Sequence record: PZ445431.1 | DNA length: 64,000 nt | Strand: one strand, 5' to 3' | Source: a phage | Shown: one piece after another, positions 10,365 to 18,604 of the stretch | Layout: each line of letters opens with the position of its first letter | Numbering within the stretch: the stretch's first letter is position 1 | The notes under the pieces: generated by a model | What the model was told of the DNA's origin: nothing | Database searches by the model: none | What the model saw: only the letters and a program-made list of their open reading frames with translations | Made by a program: the position numbers and the translations under genes

Positions 10365-10368
10365 TTCA

Positions 10369-10394
10369 AATAGCCCTTCGGGGCTATTATATTT
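10369..10394 (+). terminator. rho-independent terminator
   Basis: TAGCCC-TTCG-GGGCTA hairpin followed by T-rich tract. Confidence 0.7.
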
Positions 10395-10403
10395 AAATTT
10401 CAT

Positions 10404-10432
10404 TTGCTTACTGAGTGAAATTCAAATATAAT
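10404..10432 (+). promoter_or_regulatory. T5-type early promoter
   Basis: TTGCTT 10404-10409, TATAAT 10427-10432. Confidence 0.65.
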
Positions 10433-10462
10433 ATACTTCTAATTTGACAGAAGGATTTAATA

Positions 10463-11041
10463 ATGACAGCCATAGTAGCATTTAAATATAAAGATAAAGT
10501 ATACTTAGCCGGTGATCGTATGGGTTCTAATGGCTATACGAAACTGCTGGTTAAAAATCCGAAAGTATTCAAAATCTCTGATGATTTGTGCTTCGGATAC
10601 ACTAGTTCCTTCTACATGGGACAATTACTAGAGCATAGCTTTACTGTACCACCACGTTTAGCAGATATTTCTGATGATAAATATTTATATACGGAAATAG
10701 TACCTAAATTACGTGATATGTTTAACCAGAAAGATTTTGGCGAAAAGAAAAATGAAAAATATGCTGAACCTAATCTGGGACAATTTATTATGCTCTACAA
10801 AGGAAGAATCTTTATTTTCCAATCTAATGCTTCTATTCTAGAAGTTGAATATGCCGGTGTAGGCTGTGGAGGAGAAGATGTACTTTCCAGTATTCGTACA
10901 GGTTTAGCTATTGCGGATTGTCGAGCCACAGATTTAGATGTAGATGATATATTTGAAATCATTGATCTGGCTTTTACGCATTGTGCAGATTATATGTGTG
11001 GTGTATCTTCTCAACATGATATTTTAGTAATTGGAGAATAA
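10463..11041 (+). CDS. putative Ntn-hydrolase, HslV/proteasome-beta-like peptidase
   Basis: N-terminal MTAIVAFKYKDKVYLAGD (Thr2 after Met, as in HslV TTIVSVRR..V.IAGDGQ) and later YAGVGCGGEDV resembling the HslV GSGG motif; similarity judged by eye. Confidence 0.4.
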   Translation: MTAIVAFKYKDKVYLAGDRMGSNGYTKLLVKNPKVFKISDDLCFGYTSSFYMGQLLEHSFTVPPRLADISDDKYLYTEIVPKLRDMFNQKDFGEKKNEKYAEPNLGQFIMLYKGRIFIFQSNASILEVEYAGVGCGGEDVLSSIRTGLAIADCRATDLDVDDIFEIIDLAFTHCADYMCGVSSQHDILVIGE

Positions 11042-11043
11042 AT

Positions 11044-11313
11044 ATGTCTATTCTTTTATCTGCTTTAGAAGCAAAACAAAATACTATTGCTAGCATTAAA
11101 AAGGAAGTAATTGACCTAGAATCACTTATTGCCGTAGAGATTGACAAAGCTATTAAAGATAAAGAATTTAATTGTCACATCCAGGGATTAACTGAATACT
11201 CAGAAAACGCTAGAAATAGCGTCATGCAAAAACTTAGCAAACTAGGTTATGTTGTAGAAGCTAAGTATGAACAGCGTGAAGGTTTTTGGCTTGAAATTGA
11301 TTGGAGCAAATAA
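11044..11313 (+). CDS. hypothetical protein (89 aa)
   Basis: ORF coupled to upstream gene. Confidence 0.5.
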   Translation: MSILLSALEAKQNTIASIKKEVIDLESLIAVEIDKAIKDKEFNCHIQGLTEYSENARNSVMQKLSKLGYVVEAKYEQREGFWLEIDWSK

Positions 11314-11789
11314 TGTCGGTTTTCCACATATATACAGATGGTGCATGTAAAGGCAATCCTGGTTTAGGTGCGTGGGGATTCGTTGTCTATAATGATAATG
11401 ATGATCGTATTGGCTCTAAATCTGGCTTCAGCCCTAAAACTACTAATAACGAAATGGAACTTACTGCAATTGTAGAAGTTCTTCGTTGGTCTACTAAGAA
11501 AGATAATCGTCCAGTAATTATCTACACTGATTCTGCTTACTGCAAAAATGGTATGGAAAGCTGGATGTGGTCTTGGCAGAAGAAAGGCTGGAAGAAGGGA
11601 GATGGTGAAACCCCTCTTAATCTAGAACTCTGGCAAGAAGCATTTAAACTAACCCAACAGTACATTAACTTCCATGATACCAATCCAACCTTTGTTAAGG
11701 TTAAAGGTCACTCAGGTATTCGTGGTAATGAAGAAGTTGATGCTCTATGCAATACTGTAATTACTGAGCAAGAACTTGCTGAGATGTAA
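11301..11789 (+). CDS. rnh: ribonuclease H
   Basis: RNase HI motif HIYTDGACKGNPGLGAWG and downstream catalytic acidic residues; true start probably ATG near 11313. Confidence 0.85.
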   Translation: MEQIMSVFHIYTDGACKGNPGLGAWGFVVYNDNDDRIGSKSGFSPKTTNNEMELTAIVEVLRWSTKKDNRPVIIYTDSAYCKNGMESWMWSWQKKGWKKGDGETPLNLELWQEAFKLTQQYINFHDTNPTFVKVKGHSGIRGNEEVDALCNTVITEQELAEM

Positions 11790-11809
11790 TAAATAAATTA
11801 AAAATTCAC

Positions 11810-11838
11810 TTGCTTAAAGCCCTCGAATTTAGTATAAT
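11810..11838 (+). promoter_or_regulatory. T5-type early promoter
   Basis: AAAATTCACTTGCTTAAAGCC...TAGTATAAT; -35 at 11810, -10 at 11833. Confidence 0.7.
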
Positions 11839-11865
11839 ATTCGTATTGAAAGTGAGGAGGGCTTT

Positions 11866-12144
11866 ATGCGAATTTACAACTCAAATTCATTAGGATTTAA
11901 ACCTTTGAGAAAACGCGCACAATCTCCGCGTCAGATCAGAAAGGCAAATATTGGTGAGCCAGAAACTAGGCTTCCACCACCTCCGGAGCAACGTCTAGTT
12001 TACCTAGATGAAGAGTTAGCCGAAAGGGAACGCAAAGCTCAAGAAGAAATTGAGCGTAAGAAACTGTGTACTGCTCCTGCGTATAACAAGGGTGGTTATC
12101 AATACGTTTCCAGTGAGGAACAAGCTAAGATGATCGGCAGATAA
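11866..12144 (+). CDS. hypothetical protein (92 aa)
   Basis: ORF directly after a consensus early promoter with GAGGAGG RBS. Confidence 0.55.
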   Translation: MRIYNSNSLGFKPLRKRAQSPRQIRKANIGEPETRLPPPPEQRLVYLDEELAERERKAQEEIERKKLCTAPAYNKGGYQYVSSEEQAKMIGR

Positions 12145-12160
12145 TTTTTAAAAAATTCAT

Positions 12161-12189
12161 TTGCTAAACGCTTCAAAATTTAGTATAAT
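12161..12189 (+). promoter_or_regulatory. T5-type early promoter
   Basis: TTGCTA 12161-12166, TATAAT 12184-12189. Confidence 0.7.
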
Positions 12190-12227
12190 ATATCTCATAA
12201 ATTGATCAACAAAAAGGAAAACAAATA

Positions 12228-12743
12228 ATGGCTAAGCAGAAAAACGCAAAAACTCAGGCAGCTCCGGCAGTTAAAACTTTCGCTCAGACCGAAGCCAATC
12301 GTAAGGCTCGTCTGGAACGTCATCTGCGTAAGCATCCTAGCGATGCTCAGGCTCAGACTGCTCTGAAGTCTCCGGTTCCGATTCGTCAGAAGCCGAAGGC
12401 TAAGAACTCCACTCGCGCAACTGCTAAGCAGGTTGTGTTCATCAAGGGTGAAGGTCATAAGTCTGTACCGGTAACTCTGAGCTTTAACGGAGGTGCTGAG
12501 ATGTTCGCCCGCAACGGTATGGCTCTGAAAGATTACGAAAAAGCAGTCAATCAGAAGCGTAAGCCAATGGCTGACGTAATGCGTGAATCCCGTGGACAGT
12601 TTGGCTCCGTTAAACCGAATATCTTCGGGGTAGAGTATAGCCGTGACAACGTTCGCGCTCTGTGCTATGGTATCGGTATTAAGTTTACTGGTGCTTCTGA
12701 TCGTAAATCCACTAAACCTGCTCGTAAGCGTAAAGCGAAGTAA
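12228..12743 (+). CDS. hypothetical basic protein (171 aa), probable highly expressed early protein
   Basis: Lys/Arg-rich; codon choice dominated by CTG/CGT/AAA; consensus promoter upstream and GNRA-loop hairpin terminator downstream. Confidence 0.6.
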   Translation: MAKQKNAKTQAAPAVKTFAQTEANRKARLERHLRKHPSDAQAQTALKSPVPIRQKPKAKNSTRATAKQVVFIKGEGHKSVPVTLSFNGGAEMFARNGMALKDYEKAVNQKRKPMADVMRESRGQFGSVKPNIFGVEYSRDNVRALCYGIGIKFTGASDRKSTKPARKRKAK

Positions 12744-12749
12744 TGATTG

Positions 12750-12767
12750 ATGGGGCGAAAGCCCCAT
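12750..12767 (+). terminator. hairpin terminator with GAAA tetraloop
   Basis: ATGGGGC-GAAA-GCCCCAT perfect 7 bp stem. Confidence 0.6.
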
Positions 12768-12804
12768 ATACTAACTCTTTCTCTGACTAATTAAGGATAT
12801 TTTT

Positions 12805-13020
12805 ATGTTCTCTAAGAAACCACGTTCCGTTACTGAAATCGTTGCTTCCTTTACCACTATTACTGATGAACTTCAAGCTCGTATTGAAGCTGACCAGAAA
12901 ACTGCTGCTGATATTCAGAAACAGCAGGAAGAACTCGCTCTGAAACTGGCTGAAACCAATAAGAGTGAAAAATCTGCTCAAACTATTAAGGAAAATATCC
13001 TTAAACTGCTGGGCAAGTAA
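12805..13020 (+). CDS. hypothetical protein (71 aa)
   Basis: ORF with AAGGA RBS between two GAAA-tetraloop hairpins. Confidence 0.55.
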   Translation: MFSKKPRSVTEIVASFTTITDELQARIEADQKTAADIQKQQEELALKLAETNKSEKSAQTIKENILKLLGK

Positions 13021-13027
13021 TTTAAAT

Positions 13028-13052
13028 CAGGGGGCGAAAGCCCCTCTTATTT
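13028..13052 (+). terminator. hairpin terminator with GAAA tetraloop
   Basis: GGGGGC-GAAA-GCCCC followed by TCTTATTT. Confidence 0.6.
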
Positions 13053-13061
13053 GGAGAAACT

Positions 13062-13274
13062 ATGCGTAACTTCGTTGCAAAGAATGATTTTAACCGTGCT
13101 AGCACTCACAAGTCTGCTAGAGACTACACTCGTCTTTCTAAACATGAGCTTCTAGAAGAAATCATGGAAGAAAACTGGGATGTTAGTGAAAATGGAACAG
13201 ACCTGTTTGAAGAAGGGGAACTTCCTCTGAAAGACCCCAAACAGTGGGAGTCTATTAAAGAGACAGCTCTTTAA
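13062..13274 (+). CDS. hypothetical protein (70 aa)
   Basis: ORF with GGAGAAA RBS. Confidence 0.5.
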   Translation: MRNFVAKNDFNRASTHKSARDYTRLSKHELLEEIMEENWDVSENGTDLFEEGELPLKDPKQWESIKETAL

Positions 13275-13304
13275 TAGTTTTCTACAACAATAAAGGACAT
13301 AATT

Positions 13305-14006
13305 ATGAAATTCAAGCCCTTTGGTATGCTGGACATTGAATCTCTAGGTACTCCAGGAAATTGCGGTACTACTCATATTGCAATGCCTTCTTTCGCTTTT
13401 GTAGCGATGCACGGAATTGATAAAGATCCTGATCTGGTATTCGTTACTCTAGACGTTCAAGATCAGCTTAATGCGGGTGCTAAGGTAACTGCCTCTACTA
13501 TTGCATTCTGGATGGATCAAGCTAAAAACAGTCCATCTGCGCTCCATATTATGGAGGCTCTAAATGGTCGTAATCCTAAACTGATTGCCTTCCGTGATGG
13601 TAAGCATCACTGCACTAATGACGTAGGCTCTAATTATGCTGCCTTCTCTATGGCTCAGAACATTATGGAATTGTCTCTAGGAGATAATGCTCTGTATTAC
13701 GGCAATGGCCCAGAGTTTGATATGACTATCTACTCTGCAAATACGTTCCATGCCGGAACCCATGAAGAAGTAGTTCCGTGGAAATTCTGGAACTTAGGTA
13801 ATGTTCGATCTTTCCGTAATCAATGGATGCAAGCTGGTTATAGTTATAAAGATCTAGAAGCCGAAGGTGCTAGCTGGGCAAAAGCTAAAATGGAAAAGAT
13901 GGATACCATTCGTTATGGAATCTATCCAGTTAAACATGATCCAGCATTCGATGCTTTAGTTGAAAGTTATTGTGTAGCCATCATGATCGAAAAAATCAAA
14001 ATTTGA
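13305..14006 (+). CDS. putative DEDDh-type 3'-5' exonuclease-like protein
   Basis: Exo I-like MLDIESLG near N-terminus and C-terminal H-x4-D (KHDPAFD); weak, motif-only. Confidence 0.35.
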   Translation: MKFKPFGMLDIESLGTPGNCGTTHIAMPSFAFVAMHGIDKDPDLVFVTLDVQDQLNAGAKVTASTIAFWMDQAKNSPSALHIMEALNGRNPKLIAFRDGKHHCTNDVGSNYAAFSMAQNIMELSLGDNALYYGNGPEFDMTIYSANTFHAGTHEEVVPWKFWNLGNVRSFRNQWMQAGYSYKDLEAEGASWAKAKMEKMDTIRYGIYPVKHDPAFDALVESYCVAIMIEKIKI

Positions 14007-14007
14007 T

Positions 14008-14036
14008 TTGCTTTCAGCTCCAAAATTCTGTATAAT
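14008..14036 (+). promoter_or_regulatory. T5-type early promoter
   Basis: TTGCTT 14008-14013, TATAAT 14031-14036, then leader CATAAATTTGAGAGAACAA. Confidence 0.7.
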
Positions 14037-14076
14037 ATATTCATAAATTTGAGAGAACAACAAAAGGAAAATAATT

Positions 14077-14259
14077 ATGCCAGTATCTAAAAACGTCCGT
14101 AAAAATGGTAAAGTAGCAAAACGTAACCTGGGTCTGCGTCGTATGGCTGAGCGTCAGTCCGGCATCCAGAAAATCTTTAATGTACTGAATCGCACCAACC
14201 CGAATATTGATAACAGTTCTGATACTGTTCTGCGCACTCTGCTCGCAATCGGTCTGTAA
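14077..14259 (+). CDS. hypothetical small basic protein (60 aa)
   Basis: ORF downstream of consensus promoter with AAAGGAAA RBS. Confidence 0.5.
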   Translation: MPVSKNVRKNGKVAKRNLGLRRMAERQSGIQKIFNVLNRTNPNIDNSSDTVLRTLLAIGL

Positions 14260-14313
14260 TAGACCGTTTTTAAAACAAGTTCAAATCTCAAACTTCATAT
14301 AAGGAAGCAAATA

Positions 14314-14952
14314 ATGACTACTCGTATCTCTAAAACTCGTGCTCTGGCAACTATCAAGTCTCTGGAAGCTAAAATCCGTAAAGCTACTGAACAACAGCTT
14401 TTGATTGCTGTTGGTGAAGGTAAAGACAAGAATCAAGTTGTCGTTGGTGCTGCAATCGAAGTAGATGCTCTGTCTACTCGTATTAAAACTGATTTCCAGT
14501 CTCTGCTGGATATGATGACCCAGCGTGATCATCTGAAAGCAGCGCTGATCAAGAGCAATGCTGAAACTGTTGTAGAGATCGGTTCCCGCTCTATGACTGT
14601 TGCGGAAGCAATCGAAGCTAAGCGTTCTATGGAACTCAAAGCTCAGTTGCTGGCTAACATGCGTAAGCAGTTCCATGCTGCTACTGTTAAGTTTAACACT
14701 CAAAAGGCTCAGTTTGATGCCAAGTATGAGCGTTTGCAGGATACCATGGCTACCCGTGACAAGAAGACTTCCGAGGATGAAGTTAAGATGCAGCTTAACC
14801 TGCTGGAACTCAAGAACACTCCGTTCCTGATCGATCCGCTGGAGCTGGAAAAGCTGATCAAGCAACACGACGAAGAGTACCAGGACTTTGCAACCAACGT
14901 TGACTTTGTTCTGTCTGAGTCCAACGCCTCTACTTTTATCGAAGTAGAGTAA
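14314..14952 (+). CDS. hypothetical protein (212 aa), coiled-coil-rich, probable highly expressed
   Basis: AAGGAAG RBS, host-like high-expression codon usage; antisense ORF 14281..14868 judged spurious. Confidence 0.6.
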   Translation: MTTRISKTRALATIKSLEAKIRKATEQQLLIAVGEGKDKNQVVVGAAIEVDALSTRIKTDFQSLLDMMTQRDHLKAALIKSNAETVVEIGSRSMTVAEAIEAKRSMELKAQLLANMRKQFHAATVKFNTQKAQFDAKYERLQDTMATRDKKTSEDEVKMQLNLLELKNTPFLIDPLELEKLIKQHDEEYQDFATNVDFVLSESNASTFIEVE

Positions 14953-15336
14953 TAATTTAAAAGACTAGTAAATCGGTAGACGAAAGCCCAAGCATCTTAC
15001 CTCGCAGCAGCGGTTGAAATACGAGGTTAAATAAGACCGCTGACCATACTATAAAGTATAATCTATTGGAGATTATGTTTATTACATCAGACATTTAATC
15101 TGACACGTAAAAACAAAAGGTCGTTGGTAGTACCAACACAACTTCAAAGATCAACGCTCAAGTATGAAAGCTGAAAAGTTAAAAGCACTCAAACTTCTAA
15201 CCTTCTAAAGCTAAAAGATGCAAAGTATTCGTTGATGATTCAAACCCTAGATCAAAGGTACATGGCTCATAAGATATGGCCTGTGGCGCCTCTAGGCTGT
15301 TTATCGGTTTACTAGTCTCTCAATTTAAAAATGTAT

Positions 15337-15365
15337 TTGCTAATTAGTTTAGTTTTCTATATAAT
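15337..15365 (+). promoter_or_regulatory. T5-type early promoter
   Basis: TTGCTA 15337-15342, TATAAT 15360-15365. Confidence 0.65.
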
Positions 15366-15395
15366 ATATTTTTAAATTGATGAGACGAGGCTATT

Positions 15396-15713
15396 ATGAT
15401 TTTTCATATTCTGATTGATGATGTGCGTAACCTTCATGGAATGGACATTATCATTCGAACCCCCGAAGCCGCTGTTGAGTTTCTGAATAAAACCGATACC
15501 ACAGGTCATTTCGTTTATATGGATAACGATCTGGCTGTAGATGGTATGGAAGGTTATCAAATTCTTCGTTTACTCCTAGAATTTGGTCAGAGACCCAAGA
15601 AAGTGGTACTAGTAACCTCGAACCCAGTAGCTAAAGAGACCATGCGTAATGATCTCTTAGACGAAGGGTATCAAGAAAGCCCTAATCGTATTGAGTACGA
15701 TTGGCCGGAGTAA
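15396..15713 (+). CDS. putative stand-alone CheY-like receiver (REC) domain protein
   Basis: ILIDD near N-terminus, YMDNDLAVDGMEGYQIL (acidic pocket/phospho-acceptor region resembling CheY DWNMPNMDG), LVTSN and a following Lys; shorter than canonical REC. Confidence 0.35.
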   Translation: MIFHILIDDVRNLHGMDIIIRTPEAAVEFLNKTDTTGHFVYMDNDLAVDGMEGYQILRLLLEFGQRPKKVVLVTSNPVAKETMRNDLLDEGYQESPNRIEYDWPE

Positions 15714-16168
15714 ATAAAATGAAGGCAGCTTTGCTTTTAATAGCTGCCCTAACCTATAGCTTCAATAGTCATGCGACCTACGACTCAAAGCAGATTGATT
15801 GCATTGCAAAAAATATCTACTTCGAAGCACGAGGTGAGGGCACTAAAGGAATGATCGCAGTTGCACAGGTTACTAAAAACCGTGTTAACTCTGGTACTTT
15901 TCCTAATTCTTACTGTAAAGTAGTATATCAGTCTAACCAGTTCTCTTGGGTGGCCAAGAGACCAAAAGTTGATAAAACCGATGAGGCTTGGCAAGTTGCT
16001 AAGAATTTAGCTAGAGTGATATACTACGTTGATTTACCACAAGATCCAACACATGGAGCGTTATACTTCCATAGTGGTAAAGATAAACCGTACTGGACAA
16101 AGAAGTTTAAGAAAACAACGAAGATTCAAGGCCATACGTTCTACAAGCCTGTGGTTAAGAAAACTTAA
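15701..16168 (+). CDS. secreted SleB-like cell-wall hydrolase (Hydrolase_2 family)
   Basis: Signal peptide MKAALLLIAALTYSFNSHA and the NIYFEARGEG...AVAQVTKNR signature; start probably ATG near 15719. Confidence 0.7.
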   Translation: MAGVNKMKAALLLIAALTYSFNSHATYDSKQIDCIAKNIYFEARGEGTKGMIAVAQVTKNRVNSGTFPNSYCKVVYQSNQFSWVAKRPKVDKTDEAWQVAKNLARVIYYVDLPQDPTHGALYFHSGKDKPYWTKKFKKTTKIQGHTFYKPVVKKT

Positions 16169-16176
16169 AAATTCGA

Positions 16177-16205
16177 TTGCTTAAAGCCTTAAATTTCTGT
16201 ATAAT
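16177..16205 (+). promoter_or_regulatory. T5-type early promoter
   Basis: TTGCTT 16177-16182, TATAAT 16200-16205. Confidence 0.7.
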
Positions 16206-16236
16206 ACTTTCATAAATTAATGAGAGGAAGCGAAAT

Positions 16237-16407
16237 ATGAAATCAGTTGTAATTATTGGTGTTAATACTCGTGGTATCCGTACTACGAAAACAGTTAAAA
16301 CTACTAACGTTGCTGAAATTACTACAAACCCTAAGAAGTTTGATTTCGCTAAAGTCTCGGCAGTTATGACAGAACAATCTTTTAACCAAGCACTGGGAAT
16401 TAAATAA
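16237..16407 (+). CDS. hypothetical small protein (56 aa)
   Basis: Not in ORF track (<60 aa); sits exactly behind the conserved promoter/leader ...AATTAATGAGAGGAAGCGAAATATG and is coupled (TAATG) to the next gene. Confidence 0.5.
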   Translation: MKSVVIIGVNTRGIRTTKTVKTTNVAEITTNPKKFDFAKVSAVMTEQSFNQALGIK

Positions 16408-16850
16408 TGGAAGAGAATATTCTAGATGTTTTGCGTAGGGCTTTGCAGGAATCTAAGGTTGATGGTTCTGATAAAGAAGTAGCTAAAAGCTACCAGACCA
16501 TAATCGGAGATCTTCAGCGTGTTGATAAAGACTTCATTACTTCTGAACAGTTTGTATCTTATATAAAAGCTCAACTGAAAAGCATTAATCAGACGAAAGC
16601 TAAACTTCACGGTCAAGACCTTGATAATTATAGCTTGCAGTCTGCTCAGTATGAGTATATACTGAACAAATGGCTACAACAGTATCTGCCGCCTCAGTTA
16701 TCTGATTCTGAGATTCGCAAATACTTTGCAGAATTAGTTAAGTTGAACCCTGGGATTACAAAAGGTATGCTGATGAAAGCGATTAAGGAAGAGTTTCCTG
16801 GTCGTTACGACGGTGGCATTGCTGCTCAGGTTGCTGGCGAATTTAATTAA
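16407..16850 (+). CDS. GatB/YqeY-domain protein
   Basis: C-terminal GMLMKAIKEEFPGRYDGGIAAQVA resembles YqeY; 147 aa. Confidence 0.6.
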   Translation: MEENILDVLRRALQESKVDGSDKEVAKSYQTIIGDLQRVDKDFITSEQFVSYIKAQLKSINQTKAKLHGQDLDNYSLQSAQYEYILNKWLQQYLPPQLSDSEIRKYFAELVKLNPGITKGMLMKAIKEEFPGRYDGGIAAQVAGEFN

Positions 16851-16858
16851 AAATTGAT

Positions 16859-16887
16859 TTGCTAAACGCCTCAAAATTCTGTATAAT
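16859..16887 (+). promoter_or_regulatory. T5-type early promoter driving an ORF-free segment
   Basis: TTGCTA 16859-16864, TATAAT 16882-16887. Confidence 0.7.
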
Positions 16888-17770
16888 AGATTCATAAATT
16901 AGAGAACAGCGAGCCGATTACGCTGAGTGAGTTTAGTGATTCCTACTAGGATAGCTATTCCACTGAATAGAGTCGGTGAGTTTAGAATGATCACCTGTTA
17001 GAGTTCCGAGTCCAGTCCGGTATATCCGGCCAAGTGACTAGAGTAACGAATATAGGTTCGAGACTTCTTGTAAAACTCGGGAGCTGTCCCGAAATCTCGT
17101 AAACTCTTCTCTAGTTTATGTTAGTGGGGTGTCGAACTGACTTATGTGATAACACTGCCGTCCTAGTATAAACGGTAATATCAAACCGTAACTGGTGGAA
17201 GATGCAGGTTCGAATCCTGCGGTCGGAAAGAATCAGATAACTCGGGCTTATACCGGATAAGCATTCGCTGCTGGAGTACATACTATGACGGTTCAGGAGG
17301 TACGCCACCTGATCAGTATTAGGTTAGAATCGAAACAGCTAAACCACGAGGAAACCTGACGGCCTCAACCAAACTCGGAACTCGGGATCACTGCCTAGTG
17401 TGTGCCCCGTTTAACCTGAGACTAGGCATCCAGCTTCGCATCGAAAATCGGAGGTGCGATTCTAACAGACCGCGTGAATATGAGAGTGGGAAACGCTGAC
17501 ATGAGAGATGTCACTAATGGTGCCCAATAGTACAGGTAATTCGCGATAATTCCTGTTGAGCGGCAGCAGTAGGCTGGGAGTCATGACCTAAGCCTAACCG
17601 AGTTCTTCACATACGGAGAACATAACCACAAAGTCACCCTGACTTAAACTGGAAGATATTGTCTGACGGAAGGGCTGCAGAGCTTAATCTGAGGGGGCTG
17701 ACCCTACCTACCATCGGGTATCTTTAAGAGCTTTTTCGAGAGTTCTTAAAAATACCTAACAAAAGGAATC
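16888..17770 (+). ncRNA. candidate structured non-coding RNA region (no ORF >=60 aa on the sense strand)
   Basis: About 0.88 kb directly downstream of consensus promoter 16859-16887; contains tRNA-like T-arm GCAGGTTCGAATCCTGC (17204-17220) without a pairing acceptor stem and several short hairpins. Confidence 0.35.
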
Positions 17771-17773
17771 AAT

Positions 17774-18283
17774 ATGAATCTAGGAACAACTTGTATCTTT
17801 GATCATCAAGAAATGTGTTGCCCTCGTATTCTGCATATAGCACATTTCTCTGAACGATTGACACTTGATCAAGCTCGCGAGAAAATGAGTGAGATTACAG
17901 GATATAATTTTCGAGAAGGTGAATACTTTAGCGTAGCTTTGGATTACATCGACAATACTCGTCTTTATCACCTAGTTCAGCTTGGTGAAGAAACTGATGA
18001 AGTAAAAATGGCGAAAGATACATTACGTCGTTATCGCCCGCAGATTCTAGAGAGTACACTTCGCGGAGAGCCTAGTGATTACTTCTATATGCGCTGTTAT
18101 GACGCAGATGCACAAGAATACATGGCACATCAACGTTTCTACCACGATATTAAAGAGTTCGTTAATATCAAGTATGACAAGCTATTGATTGACTCTAAAG
18201 CACAACGTGCAGCTAAAAATGCTGAGAAATCTGCTAAAGAAGCTGTTGAAAGTCAAACTAAATTGAATAAAGTCATTAAATGA
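17774..18283 (+). CDS. hypothetical protein (169 aa)
   Basis: ORF with AAAAGGAA RBS. Confidence 0.55.
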   Translation: MNLGTTCIFDHQEMCCPRILHIAHFSERLTLDQAREKMSEITGYNFREGEYFSVALDYIDNTRLYHLVQLGEETDEVKMAKDTLRRYRPQILESTLRGEPSDYFYMRCYDADAQEYMAHQRFYHDIKEFVNIKYDKLLIDSKAQRAAKNAEKSAKEAVESQTKLNKVIK

Positions 18284-18291
18284 TTAACTTT

Positions 18292-18363
18292 CGGGGTGTA
18301 GTCTAAGGGATAGGCAGGAGTCTTCTAAATTCCTTTATGCAGGTTCGAATCCTGTCACCTCGG
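18292..18363 (+). tRNA. tRNA-Arg (anticodon UCU, read by eye)
   Basis: Acceptor CGGGGTG/CACCTCG (one G-U), anticodon arm GGAGT-CTTCTAA-ATTCC, T-arm GCAGG-TTCGAAT-CCTGT, encoded CCA. Confidence 0.55.
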
Positions 18364-18392
18364 CCAATTTTATTAACTGCTAGGAAAATAAA

Positions 18393-18593
18393 GTGAAAAC
18401 ACGATATATAGTAAAAGTAGTAGGTGAACATTCACAAGTAAATACCACCGATGTTACAGCGCTAGCATTTGAAGTAGTCTCCGGTATAGTCATATTTCAT
18501 AACGGAGATATCAAAGCTCCTGAATTTGCTGTGGATGCTAGCCTGTTTATTTCTGCAACTAAAGTAACTGTAGTAGCTAACTCTTCTAAATAA
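18393..18593 (+). CDS. hypothetical protein (66 aa)
   Basis: ORF track only. Confidence 0.4.
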   Translation: MKTRYIVKVVGEHSQVNTTDVTALAFEVVSGIVIFHNGDIKAPEFAVDASLFISATKVTVVANSSK

Positions 18594-18604
18594 TAAGGAA
18601 ATAT

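Noticed and set aside
12195-12767. 190 aa minus-strand ORF
   Set aside because: Antisense shadow of the codon-biased + strand gene 12228-12743; no RBS or promoter, and low-complexity translation.
14281-14868. 195 aa minus-strand ORF (and nested 14600..14830, 14709..14924)
   Set aside because: Antisense to the well-supported gene 14314-14952.
17140-17228. tRNA gene around T-loop GCAGGTTCGAATCCTGC
   Set aside because: Could not pair any 5' acceptor strand with the 3' side (GGTCGGA) and no CCA; kept only as a T-arm-like hairpin within the ncRNA candidate.
17111-17308. 65 aa minus-strand ORF in the ORF-free segment
   Set aside because: Antisense to promoter direction, no RBS, spans the tRNA-like T-arm; treated as chance ORF.
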